DNA of 64,000 bases from an uncultured virus (IMG/VR IMGVR_UViG_3300021185_004515) (lineage: Duplodnaviria > Heunggongvirae > Uroviricota > Caudoviricetes). Within the stretch, counting starts at the first letter, position 1. Each line of letters opens with the position of its first letter. Position numbers and translations under genes: made by a program. The DNA lies in the IMG/VR virus record IMGVR_UViG_3300021185_004515; one strand, 5' to 3'. This document shows positions 1-9,281 of this stretch, in pieces. The notes beneath the pieces are model-generated. The model was not told the DNA's origin and ran no database searches. It worked only from the letters and a program-made list of their open reading frames with translations.

Positions 1-816
1 CATGCCGCCCTCATAACCCTCTTCTACAAACTGGTCAGTATAGGTTTCTACATCTTCATAACTATTGATAGGGTAATTTTCTACAAAACGAACCCGAGTG
101 CGTCTGGCCGCAGGAACTTGATTAAGAATACGAACCATCAAGCGATACCGATTAGCAAAAGTCATATCCAGATTGTTCAAATCTATCAAATCATAAACTC
201 GTAATTTCATAAATTCTGTGACTTGTATATCGCTTTCGGTGTAATTTTCTGGTTTTTTACGGACTATTCCGCTGGCTCTTTCAAATTCTACATCATCGGG
301 GTCAGCATATAATTCGCCGTCTAAAATAATGTTGCTGGGCAAATTAAGATTCAAAATATCGGCTCGGATGCCGCCCATTCCTGGGAAGAGTTTATTCCCT
401 CTGGACATTAGAACTACTTGTCCCGCCGTAGGCATAGAGGCCATACATCTAACGCCATCAAATTTTCTTTGGATAGCGGCGGGGAATTGGGTCCATCGTC
501 GCCCACCGTCAGCGAACTTTTTTGCCAACATGGGAAGCACCACAGTTTGATTTCGGGCTCCTGCCATAGAGACCACATATCCTTGGTCTATTTTCTTGAG
601 CCATTCTGAACGAGCATCTAACTCAGCCTGTTCTAAAACGGTGCGTCCTTGATTACCTGCGGATACAATGGTGGGGGCTCCTGTAATTATGGTTCCTCCT
701 ACTTGTCCGTAGCGTGTAGAGTGGGAATATGTGCCATCACCATTAGAGGTAACTGAGATAGTCCATTCTCGCAAATTATTGTTGGAATCGGTCTTGTATA
801 GGGTGTCATAAGGCAT
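1..816 (-). CDS. lig: ATP-dependent DNA ligase (partial, runs off window start; missing from ORF track)
   Basis: Manual translation from ATG 816: PMLAKKF, motif I QRKFDGVRC, SRGNK, motif III ILDGELY, IIIa RVYDL, motif IV GYEGGM; TATA 22 nt upstream. Confidence 0.93.
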   Translation of the reverse strand, partial: MPYDTLYKTDSNNNLREWTISVTSNGDGTYSHSTRYGQVGGTIITGAPTIVSAGNQGRTVLEQAELDARSEWLKKIDQGYVVSMAGARNQTVVLPMLAKKFADGGRRWTQFPAAIQRKFDGVRCMASMPTAGQVVLMSRGNKLFPGMGGIRADILNLNLPSNIILDGELYADPDDVEFERASGIVRKKPENYTESDIQVTEFMKLRVYDLIDLNNLDMTFANRYRLMVRILNQVPAARRTRVRFVENYPINSYEDVETYTDQFVEEGYEGGM

Positions 817-846
817 GGTTATCTCTCCGTGTTTCACCTATTTAAC

Positions 847-1209
847 TTATTCACCTAACTTCCAAAATTTAAGTGCCTTCATGCGTTGCCACCAAGAAGA
901 TTCATAACCGAATTTTCGGTGAGACTGGCGCAAATCATCCAATACTAATTCAGAAATAACATTCCCTAAAACTGTGGCTAAAACTCCGACAATAACACCG
1001 CCCAGAATAAATCCTGTGAGAAACTCTTTCTTGTCTTGAACTACTTTGACAGGAACTGTTTCGGGTTCCGCCTCAGTGGTTTCCGAGCGGAATTGGGTTC
1101 TAACTGCCCGATGAGAATCACCGTCAAAAACAATTACAAAACCTTGGGATTCTAAACGATTCCTAAGTCGGTAATCCTGTGCTTGTTGAGGGGTAAGAGG
1201 AATACTCAA
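847..1209 (-). CDS. Hypothetical membrane protein
   Basis: One hydrophobic helix (FLTGFILGGVIVGVLATVL); GGTGA SD upstream of TTG. Confidence 0.7.
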   Translation of the reverse strand: MSIPLTPQQAQDYRLRNRLESQGFVIVFDGDSHRAVRTQFRSETTEAEPETVPVKVVQDKKEFLTGFILGGVIVGVLATVLGNVISELVLDDLRQSHRKFGYESSWWQRMKALKFWKLGE

Positions 1210-1490
1210 GCCACATCACCAGCCTCATCACCATTGGCAGATTCCACTAAGAAATAACTGATAACCAAGATAGGGAGGCTAAATAAAATCATGTCGTGAG
1301 TTTCTAATTGCTTCAGAGGATTTCCATGGGCTTTGTAAGTTTTACCCAGATTTCCTAATGTTGATAAAAAGAATGCTAACGAACCTACGGCACCCAGCAT
1401 GACTCCACGCCATGCTTTACGAGCCACATTGATTTCTACTTCTTTCTGAGCATCTACACGGTCAGAAATTTCAGCCTTATCGGAATCCAT
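1206..1490 (-). CDS. Small two-TM membrane protein
   Basis: Two hydrophobic segments; GGTGA SD. Confidence 0.7.
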   Translation of the reverse strand: MDSDKAEISDRVDAQKEVEINVARKAWRGVMLGAVGSLAFFLSTLGNLGKTYKAHGNPLKQLETHDMILFSLPILVISYFLVESANGDEAGDVA

Positions 1491-1496
1491 TTATTT

Positions 1497-2087
1497 TCAC
1501 CGTCTTTTTCTATACATCAAGGTTGCTCCGACCAATACCGCAGCACCAAGAGCAAATTTTTGTCCAGAAAGGGGTGAATCTCCTGTGTCTTCTGCATTAA
1601 ACCAACCAAAATATTTGTTATACCATGCTTCGGAACCAGCGTTATTGGCTTCCGTAGGTGCGGTGGTTACAGTGTTGCTGGAGGATTCGTCAGAGGTTCG
1701 GCATCCAAGTGTAGGCCAAAGAGGATTACAAACACGCTGATTATACATTTTGCGAGCCCCACTTCCTGGTGCAACATTGGTAATATAATTCCAATCTTGT
1801 GGGTCAGCACCTCCAGAGGGCATGATTCCAAAAATTCCTGCAATTCCACTCATAGTCCAAGGCATACCACCTGCACCATAGGGCTGATAAGCATTACCAT
1901 CTTGGTCTAAAGTTGTATAATTGATTTGCCACGCTGTTCCAGCGGCAGTGGTGGCTCCTTTGGAAAGTGGATTTCCAGCAGAGTCATAGCCAATAATTTC
2001 TTCTTTGGCACCTGTGGTTGGATTAGTAGTATAGCAACGACGAGAATAGAGGTCGCCAGGGTCGCAGGATATATTGTAGCCAGTCAT
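1497..2087 (-). CDS. Tail-anchored hypothetical virion protein
   Basis: C-terminal TM followed by RKRR; WFNAE motif; TATA at 2110. Confidence 0.75.
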   Translation of the reverse strand: MTGYNISCDPGDLYSRRCYTTNPTTGAKEEIIGYDSAGNPLSKGATTAAGTAWQINYTTLDQDGNAYQPYGAGGMPWTMSGIAGIFGIMPSGGADPQDWNYITNVAPGSGARKMYNQRVCNPLWPTLGCRTSDESSSNTVTTAPTEANNAGSEAWYNKYFGWFNAEDTGDSPLSGQKFALGAAVLVGATLMYRKRR

Positions 2088-2119
2088 ACAGATACTTTCT
2101 CTGTGCTGTTATTTAAGGA

Positions 2120-3139
2120 TTACGCCTTGCGACTAAACCACCATGCAGCACCAATCGCTAATGATGCGGCAATAACAGCGGCAGTTTGCTTGTTAAATCG
2201 GGATTCTGTGGAACCTTCTTCCATAGAGTCTACAAATGATTGAGCATCCATAGTCATTTCTGGGAAATCTTCTCGGTCATAGTAACCATCATAATCTTGT
2301 TCATCTACACGGGTCTGAAATTCTGCGATTGCATCAACCACATCTTCAGAAAAGTTGTAAGGGAAAGCAATTTCAAATTCTCCATTAGAGGATTCGGAAA
2401 TAACGACCACACCGTCTCGGATGTCATCATCCATCACATCAGTAAGATAGTTCTTGATTGGTTCATCAACAACGAACACCTCACGCCCATTAGAATCTTC
2501 AAAAACATTTTGCACAGATTCTGTGACTTCGGAAAATTCGGCTTCCATTTCTTGGTCTTTTAGACCTTCTTCCATCGGAATAGCGACTTCTTCAGGTGAG
2601 TTGGAGGTAATAGCCTTCTTGAGTCGGCTCAGAGCGGAACCACGCATATAGGTGTTAGCGGCTTCAGGAGTTCCATCATTTCCACGGCCATATTGAGATG
2701 CGTCATTTTCGGCACGACCAGCCCAGACATAATCATGGGCAGGAAGAGAAGGAGCAGCGTCAGTAGCGGAAACAATTTCTCCGCCTGTGTGTTGCCCAAT
2801 AATTCTGCCATCACCTACGGGGTCAGTAGATGGCTCAGGAACCAAAAGTTCTGCGCCCGAGTCTGCTGGTTCAGAGGCTTCAGCCGCAAAAGCCGAAGGA
2901 GTTGCTTCTTCAGCAGCATAAACTGGGAGAGTTTTGCCCAATTGTTCACAAATAGTAGCGGCATCTTGGGCTCCAATTAGACTCTGACATTTGTGTTCTT
3001 TGCCAGTTTCTGGGTTGTTGTAGTAACCAATAACTTGATAACGGCTGCCTCCACCCTTGGTTTTGGTAGCAATAATATCATGAACCTCACACATAACTTT
3101 CTTTTTGAGTCCTGTGGAGTAAATTTCTCTGCTGACCAT
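2120..3139 (-). CDS. Tail-anchored modular protein with Cren7-like N-terminal domain
   Basis: N-term VIGYYNNPETGKEHK; YAAE/FAAE/MEAE motifs; acidic linkers; C-terminal TM; TATA at 3162. Confidence 0.75.
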   Translation of the reverse strand: MVSREIYSTGLKKKVMCEVHDIIATKTKGGGSRYQVIGYYNNPETGKEHKCQSLIGAQDAATICEQLGKTLPVYAAEEATPSAFAAEASEPADSGAELLVPEPSTDPVGDGRIIGQHTGGEIVSATDAAPSLPAHDYVWAGRAENDASQYGRGNDGTPEAANTYMRGSALSRLKKAITSNSPEEVAIPMEEGLKDQEMEAEFSEVTESVQNVFEDSNGREVFVVDEPIKNYLTDVMDDDIRDGVVVISESSNGEFEIAFPYNFSEDVVDAIAEFQTRVDEQDYDGYYDREDFPEMTMDAQSFVDSMEEGSTESRFNKQTAAVIAASLAIGAAWWFSRKA

Positions 3140-3176
3140 ACTTACACTTCCGTATTCCGACTATTTAGGTGTTTGC

Positions 3177-3725
3177 TCAAAATCCAAATGTGTCACGCTG
3201 GAAGGACGCTCGTGTTCCCAAAACTTCTTGACCGAAGGCCGTAGAGTAAATTCCTGTGGTATTTGCATTAGGCGATGCTTCAGCATTTAGGAAAAAGGTA
3301 GTCATTCCTCCATTACTTTCTGCCCCAAATTTTTCTTGCATTTCTTCAGAGGATGTTTGTTCTTCGGCTTCCAAGGCTTCGGATTCCAAACGGTCCATTT
3401 CGGCTTCAGCAACTTCAATAACTTGTTCGTATTTTTCTTCATCAGAAGCGGCTTGTAGGCCACGGAATAATCCTCCAAGGCCAAAACCAAGAGGAAATAG
3501 CCCCATTAAAGAAAAAACCAGTGGACGATAATTGTATTCTCCGTCTACGGAAAGTAGTTCACCATTTTGAAACCACTTATCAAAGCCCCAAAGAGTCAAA
3601 GAACCCATTCCTAACAAGAGTGGAAAGCCCACCATTGAATCGCGTAATTGGTCCCTAATAGGTGTAGAGGTAACAACTTCTTCTTCGCCTTCAAAAATAT
3701 TGGAGCGGAGTTGAGCAAAGTCCAT
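3177..3725 (-). CDS. Two-TM membrane protein with acidic tail
   Basis: Two TM segments, FGAE and LNAE motifs; GAGGT SD and TATA at 3759. Confidence 0.75.
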   Translation of the reverse strand: MDFAQLRSNIFEGEEEVVTSTPIRDQLRDSMVGFPLLLGMGSLTLWGFDKWFQNGELLSVDGEYNYRPLVFSLMGLFPLGFGLGGLFRGLQAASDEEKYEQVIEVAEAEMDRLESEALEAEEQTSSEEMQEKFGAESNGGMTTFFLNAEASPNANTTGIYSTAFGQEVLGTRASFQRDTFGF

Positions 3726-3815
3726 AATTATACCTCATTATTACTTGGTGCGTTTTGTTATTTAAGTTTCTCGGTTACCAACCCTTTGATTCGTAAATCA
3801 AATTACTGAGAAACA

Positions 3816-4166
3816 TCAGTTTGCACCAACCGCAGCACCAGTGTAGTTCTGTCCGAAACTCGGTGTTGTGGCTGCCATACTCAAAGTATAGGCTGAAAGG
3901 TCAGGTCCGTAAGCGATTTTACCATAAGGTGTGGAATTGCTAAGGTTGTATGTTTGTCCAACCATTCGTCCTGCCATGATTCCTCGTTCAGTAGAAACTT
4001 TTTGAATCTCTCCATAGTTATTGACAATTTCTTGTCCTGTGTTTTCATTGATGAGAACTTCTGTTTCTGAATTGAAAGATTCTTTGGCTACACGAAATCC
4101 ATAATTTAATACCAGAGCAAGAACTCCTGCCCCAGCAATCACCATTATAGTTTCTTTAGGATTCAA
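3816..4166 (-). CDS. N-anchored membrane protein (start moved to TTG after GAGGTG SD)
   Basis: N-terminal TM, FNSE motif; the longer ORF-track start overlaps the upstream gene. Confidence 0.6.
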   Translation of the reverse strand: MNPKETIMVIAGAGVLALVLNYGFRVAKESFNSETEVLINENTGQEIVNNYGEIQKVSTERGIMAGRMVGQTYNLSNSTPYGKIAYGPDLSAYTLSMAATTPSFGQNYTGAAVGAN

Positions 4167-4176
4167 AAAATCCACC

Positions 4177-5244
4177 TCAGTTGTCGCCCAGAAGCATACC
4201 AAGAGCCGATGCAGCAATAACAGAGCCAGCAGATAGTAGCATGAATCCAAGTCCAATCTTAGCACCAGTTTCAACAGGCTTTGCCAGTTCAACTTGGTCA
4301 GCCCACATGATGTCATTTGGTGGAGAGGAAGCAGCACTCATTCCAGAATCGTCTTCCCACTGAACAATAGCGTTAGTGAGTGATTCAGCGTGGTGTGCAA
4401 CCTTAGCGTCACCGAGTCCACGGAAGCCCACAGGTTTCTGTGACTTAGCGTTGCTTCGGCGGTCTTGACGGAGAGAGCGTCCCACATCAACATTAGAAAT
4501 AAATTCACCCTTAGCGTTGCGAGCAACATAGCGTTGGTTACCGTTCAACTTGTATCGGTTACGCTTACCGTATTTCTGGGCTTCAAATGTTTCCGCAGCC
4601 TTGGTCTTACTGTAACCCTTTCGCATTTTCTGTCCCATTTTCTTGTTATATTGAGAAGAACTCATAGGTCCGTAGACTTGAGGAGAGTATCCAATACGAC
4701 CGTAGCCGTTGAATCCACCCATGTTGGTGTTAATGAAAACATGGAATTTGTTAGCGGAACCACTGCGTTCAGTTAAATAAACTGGGTCGCCTTGGAAACG
4801 AACACCTGGATTTGCCGAACGAATAGCAGCCTTAACAGCCTCAATATCTTGGCGGCCAGGTGGTAGTGATGCCATGGCTTCAAAGGTTTCAGCGTGTTTG
4901 TGGCCGTTAGCGTCACCCATACCACGCTTTCCTGCCTTAGCATAGCGAGTTGGTTTTGGTTCACGCTTGTCAGCAGCGAGACTGCGTCCCATGTCTACAT
5001 TGGAAATAAACTTTCCTTTGCTGTCACGAGCGACATATCGGTAATTACCATTTAGTTTGTATCGGTTTCGGGTTCCATATTCGGCATTTTTTTCCATAGT
5101 TTCACTTCCATAGGTTTCAGCATCCATGGTTTTAGTGCAAGAAGCACAGAAAATGGATTCAGCATTTAGGTCATGTGAATTACAACCTGCACAATGCTGG
5201 TGAGAATCAGATTCTGCACTCTTGCATCCACAGGTGTTACACAT
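4177..5244 (-). CDS. Modular nucleic-acid-binding polyprotein: Cys-rich peptides, two basic repeats, WGR domain, C-terminal TM
   Basis: Duplicated RYKLNGNxRYVARxxKGxFISNVDxGRSL unit; WGR-like SANKF...YGRIG...KKMGQKMRKGY; at least 8 AE/SE motifs at boundaries; TATA at 5267. Confidence 0.8.
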   Translation of the reverse strand: MCNTCGCKSAESDSHQHCAGCNSHDLNAESIFCASCTKTMDAETYGSETMEKNAEYGTRNRYKLNGNYRYVARDSKGKFISNVDMGRSLAADKREPKPTRYAKAGKRGMGDANGHKHAETFEAMASLPPGRQDIEAVKAAIRSANPGVRFQGDPVYLTERSGSANKFHVFINTNMGGFNGYGRIGYSPQVYGPMSSSQYNKKMGQKMRKGYSKTKAAETFEAQKYGKRNRYKLNGNQRYVARNAKGEFISNVDVGRSLRQDRRSNAKSQKPVGFRGLGDAKVAHHAESLTNAIVQWEDDSGMSAASSPPNDIMWADQVELAKPVETGAKIGLGFMLLSAGSVIAASALGMLLGDN

Positions 5245-5259
5245 AATAATAGTTAGGGC

Positions 5260-5278
5260 GTTTTGCTATTTAAGTTTT
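5260..5278 (-). promoter_or_regulatory. Archaeal promoter (AAAACTTAAATAGCAAAAC), leaderless
   Basis: Consensus TATA 22 nt upstream of ATG 5244. Confidence 0.85.
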
Positions 5279-5287
5279 GAGTAATGA

Positions 5288-6712
5288 TTACTGTCCCTCA
5301 GCCGCCCAATAATCTTGTCCCCACTTGTAATTGAGCAATAATTCTGTGACGAAAACGGCTCGTTTAGAACCAGTTATTTGGATAGGGTCGGCGTTCATCG
5401 TGGCTTCTAACAAACCGAGTTTAGCAGCCGCATACAATCCTTCCAATAGTTCTGGGTCGGCGGAAGAAACATGACTCTGAAGGGAAGTCACAAAACTTGA
5501 ATCTGTCAATCGCATAGGCAAGTCATCATCGTTAATCATAGAATTGATGAAGTCAATAGTTTGTTCAGGCGTGTAGGTTATACTTACTGAAATTTCTGGG
5601 ATGGCTTCAGGGTCAAGTTCCATAAAATCAGCGATGTCAATTTTCTCTACAAAGCCCTTGGTGAATTTGCCTGAACTATCTCGGTTCTGAATTCTCCAAG
5701 ATTTGGTTTCCGCAGAAAAATTCTGAGATAGTCTGTCATTAGTGACTTGAGCGACTCGTGACCAATCATCCATGGTATCAGGTTGAAGTTCCCGACTAAC
5801 CTTGGCTAATTCCAGTGCTGGAGCAAAGTCCTTATTCATTCCAGCGGTTCGTAGTTTCCTACTTCCCTTATCGTAAAAATTAAGGTTGTTAGCAACTACT
5901 GAGGCTCCGCCCACGACCTTCCCAAAAACATTACAGCCATAGTGCATGGTTCTTCCTAAGACGCTCCATCCATTTTTGCTGCAATTACGGTAAAAATTAT
6001 CTGCTTCAGCATTGAAGGATTCAGCCTTACAACAAATTGTTGCATCCGAACTATTATCATAAACACTATCGCATTCACCACATTGATATTCATTTACCAT
6101 TGTTCCCGCTTGTCTTCCTTTTGCAATTCTGTGGATAACATCAACAGCGAATGTTTCAGCATTCAAAGAAGTTCCGCTAAATCCGCCACATTTAGGGCAA
6201 GAACCATCTTCAGTTCCTTCCTTCCAAGCATCCCATTCATAATTACATTTATTACAATTCCAATTATCTTCTGCATTAAAATCTTCTTCTCTCTGTAAAT
6301 GCTCTATGGCTCGGTCAATTAAATTGTGTCGGGCGGATTGCTTATCAGGCCCTTCTCCATAACTGCTGATACGAGAGCGTCCATTGTTGGGTAATGCAAA
6401 CATTACATCTCCAAAGACAATGAATTCTCCATCTCGTTCCATAGTGTGTCCAATGTCGGTCATGATGACTTCGTAATCATTAGTGTTATCATAACCATAA
6501 TCATCGGGCCACGAAGGGCCAGATTCTCCTCTGGATTCAAAGGTTTTGCTTTCGCTGGCAAAAATTGGGTTGGCTTGAAGCCATTCATCAACAAACCATT
6601 TAGGAATCTCTATCTCCCCGTGGATAATATCTTCAAAATATTGGTCTACATCCAGAGGTTCAGAGGCCATATATTCTGCATAAGCATACCCTAATGATTT
6701 CATTCGTCCCAT
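5288..6712 (-). CDS. Modular AE-motif polyprotein with zinc ribbons
   Basis: CxxC pairs, RDSSGKF motif; FASE, FNAE, LNAE, FNAE, FSAE, WAAE; GAGGTGA SD. Confidence 0.75.
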   Translation of the reverse strand: MGRMKSLGYAYAEYMASEPLDVDQYFEDIIHGEIEIPKWFVDEWLQANPIFASESKTFESRGESGPSWPDDYGYDNTNDYEVIMTDIGHTMERDGEFIVFGDVMFALPNNGRSRISSYGEGPDKQSARHNLIDRAIEHLQREEDFNAEDNWNCNKCNYEWDAWKEGTEDGSCPKCGGFSGTSLNAETFAVDVIHRIAKGRQAGTMVNEYQCGECDSVYDNSSDATICCKAESFNAEADNFYRNCSKNGWSVLGRTMHYGCNVFGKVVGGASVVANNLNFYDKGSRKLRTAGMNKDFAPALELAKVSRELQPDTMDDWSRVAQVTNDRLSQNFSAETKSWRIQNRDSSGKFTKGFVEKIDIADFMELDPEAIPEISVSITYTPEQTIDFINSMINDDDLPMRLTDSSFVTSLQSHVSSADPELLEGLYAAAKLGLLEATMNADPIQITGSKRAVFVTELLLNYKWGQDYWAAEGQ

Positions 6713-6867
6713 GTCTTCACCTCAAAACTGTCGCATAACTGCTTGGCATTAACTGAGAAATCATATCGGATGCAGTGGTTGTTTTCAAACCACTTGCAAA
6801 TACCGCAACTATTGGGCTGCCTTGCCGTAAGTTGAACCGCTTCTCTAAGGTTTGGCGGCGATTCCAT
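6700..6867 (-). CDS. 55-aa four-cysteine protein (not in ORF track)
   Basis: MESPPNLR...CGICKWFENNHC...LCDSF; ATG 22 nt downstream of TATA at 6890. Confidence 0.7.
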   Translation of the reverse strand: MESPPNLREAVQLTARQPNSCGICKWFENNHCIRYDFSVNAKQLCDSFEVKTWDE

Positions 6868-6905
6868 ACCTTAATATGGGTCGTTTTGCTATTTCAACCT
6901 TGCGT

Positions 6906-8264
6906 TCAACCATAGAGGTTGTCTGTGGTTTCAGTAATGCCTCGTTCCTTTTTAGACATCTTCCTTTGATTCAGCAGGATTTCCAAGGCTTGCTCCATGT
7001 GGGTCTGAAGAATTTTAGTTTTGGATTCATCAAAATCAGAATCTTCAAAAGCCAGCATGAAAGCATTTTGGACTAATTCTTGGAGGTAAGCCCCAGAAAA
7101 ATTATCCGTTCGCTTGACAATCTGTTTCAAGTTAATCTTGGCTTGGAATGGTTCTAAATACTTTTCCAAAATCTCCTTTCGGGCTTCTGGTTTAGGATAA
7201 CCGAACTCAATTCTGCTATCAAATCTTCCAGGTCGGTCAGCCAAAGCCCAATCCAAATGTTGAGGGTAGTTAGTGGTGGCTAAAGTGATAACTCCTGTGT
7301 TGCGTTCTACACCCGAAAGAGCATTCAAAAATTCTCCAAGTAGTGGGTGGTCGTGAACTTCTCGGCGGTCTAATCCTCCGAGTGTGTCAATATCCTCAAT
7401 AATAACCAGCGTGGGTGCTAAATGGCGAGCCATTTTATAGAGTCGTGTGATTTGTCCTTCTTGTTTGATAGCATCACGAGAGGCGTAAATGGTGGTAATA
7501 TTGGTATTATTCATGACCACATTACAACACAAGGTTTTTCCTGTTCCTGGTGGGCCTGAAATCAAAACACCACGAGATGCACGAAGATTTTTAGCACGAT
7601 AAACTTCCATGTGTGGAACAAAGTTAATGATGTGGCGGTTCAATAATTCTGTGGAATCATCATCTACGATAATGTCTTGCCATCCTGCGCCTGGGACATC
7701 TAAGAAACGGAAATCTGCGGTGAATTTAGAGCCTTTCAGTAGACCTTTTGTGTTGAAGTGCAGTTGAACCTTGTCCCACAATTCTGTGTAGCGGTTCCCG
7801 TATTTTGTGTTGGTTTCAAAGTAGAATTTAATGTCAATTTCATACTGGTCATACGGCCAAAAAGAAACTACCAATGGGTGTGAATCTTCTCGGTGTTGCA
7901 AAAAGAGCGAGAGTTTGTAAGGAATCTTAAATTTTTCTCCGTTGAAGACTTCTTCGTTCCAAATAGGCGGGGTTTCAGCATTTCCATACTTGTGATTCTC
8001 TACCTTAATGGTTTCATACTCATCTTCTAAAATCTGCATCAAGGAATACGCCCACATGATATATTCTCTTCCAGAATAATCTCGGTGTTTAACTTCTAAA
8101 TTGTTGATGTCTGTTTGAAAGAACTCCGAAATAGAGGCATCCATCTGGTCAGTCTTTTCAATTGAATCGCTAAGATACTGCAACATATCTTTGAGTGGTT
8201 CGGTGGGTATTGAAATAGGCCCCATTGGAGAGGCAATTTCAAGATTCGTAGGCATTGCGGTCAT
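6906..8264 (-). CDS. AAA+ ATPase, classical (CDC48/PAN/FtsH-like) clade
   Basis: Walker A GPPGTGKT, Walker B IIEDID, TTN sensor 1, SRH ALADRPGRFD, FSGA lid. Confidence 0.92.
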   Translation of the reverse strand: MTAMPTNLEIASPMGPISIPTEPLKDMLQYLSDSIEKTDQMDASISEFFQTDINNLEVKHRDYSGREYIMWAYSLMQILEDEYETIKVENHKYGNAETPPIWNEEVFNGEKFKIPYKLSLFLQHREDSHPLVVSFWPYDQYEIDIKFYFETNTKYGNRYTELWDKVQLHFNTKGLLKGSKFTADFRFLDVPGAGWQDIIVDDDSTELLNRHIINFVPHMEVYRAKNLRASRGVLISGPPGTGKTLCCNVVMNNTNITTIYASRDAIKQEGQITRLYKMARHLAPTLVIIEDIDTLGGLDRREVHDHPLLGEFLNALSGVERNTGVITLATTNYPQHLDWALADRPGRFDSRIEFGYPKPEARKEILEKYLEPFQAKINLKQIVKRTDNFSGAYLQELVQNAFMLAFEDSDFDESKTKILQTHMEQALEILLNQRKMSKKERGITETTDNLYG

Positions 8265-8294
8265 ACAGTTAAGTTATGGCATTACCTATATGAA

Positions 8295-9248
8295 TCAAAG
8301 CGCACCCAATCCCGAAGTGTTAAATACCTGTGAGTCACCGTTGGTGGTCAATAACCAATACCAATGCTCACCGTTATTGAGATAAGACTCTCCATAACGA
8401 CTTTCAAATCCTGGAAGTTGAGACACGGCTTCAGGAGATAACTGCAAAAATATCTGTTTTTGTTTTTGTTCGTGAATCGCCCTAATTAACTCTTGTTTAT
8501 TTCCTTGGTGTGCCGCAGTCTGCGTTCCTCCTGCGGTGGTTTGTTCATCGTGACAATGATAGTATCCTATCAAATCGGGCTCATAACTCAATTGATACAA
8601 ATCATCAGATTCCAGCGGATTACCTACCATTCGCATCCACAAATTAGTATCTTCGCCAAAGAACAAATCTTCCTCAAACCCACCGATGTTTTCAAATCTG
8701 GAACGACGAACCATACAAGCCGATGTCATGATGGGTCGTAGGGCTGCAAAGAAATAATCTTGTCCCCGCTCCCAGTTATTTTGAAACCGTTCCCAATCTT
8801 CGGAGGTCAGGAATCCTGCTAACCTTTCCGTTGAATAGGCTTCACCAGCGAGTCCATTTAAGGTTTTAGTAACATTCATTACGCCCCACCACAAAACTTG
8901 TTCTGGAGGGCGGGCAGGTAGGTCTAAAGAAGCCCATAACAAGCGTTCACTATACCATTTATCATCAGAATCTAAAAAGGCTAAATATGGACGAGAACCT
9001 TGAGATATGGCTTGATTTCTGGCTTGAGACACACCCTTTCCTGATTGGCGTAAAATGTGGAATTTAATTTCTGAGTCAGCAAACTCCTGATAAACGGCGT
9101 TAATGGAATCATAGCGTTCGTGGTCTTCGGGAGTGCCATCTACTACCCAGACTTCAAAATCTTTAAATTGTTGTGATTGTAAAGAAGTTAAACAAGTGCG
9201 AACCAATTCTGGTTGTGTCTTGAAAACAGGAACGATTACATCAAACAT
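8295..9248 (-). CDS. Glycosyltransferase family 2
   Basis: VIVPVF, VVDG, GVSQARN, FLDSDD, GEDT motifs. Confidence 0.9.
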   Translation of the reverse strand: MFDVIVPVFKTQPELVRTCLTSLQSQQFKDFEVWVVDGTPEDHERYDSINAVYQEFADSEIKFHILRQSGKGVSQARNQAISQGSRPYLAFLDSDDKWYSERLLWASLDLPARPPEQVLWWGVMNVTKTLNGLAGEAYSTERLAGFLTSEDWERFQNNWERGQDYFFAALRPIMTSACMVRRSRFENIGGFEEDLFFGEDTNLWMRMVGNPLESDDLYQLSYEPDLIGYYHCHDEQTTAGGTQTAAHQGNKQELIRAIHEQKQKQIFLQLSPEAVSQLPGFESRYGESYLNNGEHWYWLLTTNGDSQVFNTSGLGAL

Positions 9249-9281
9249 AATGTTTTTGGGTGTTGCCTCCTATATGAATCT

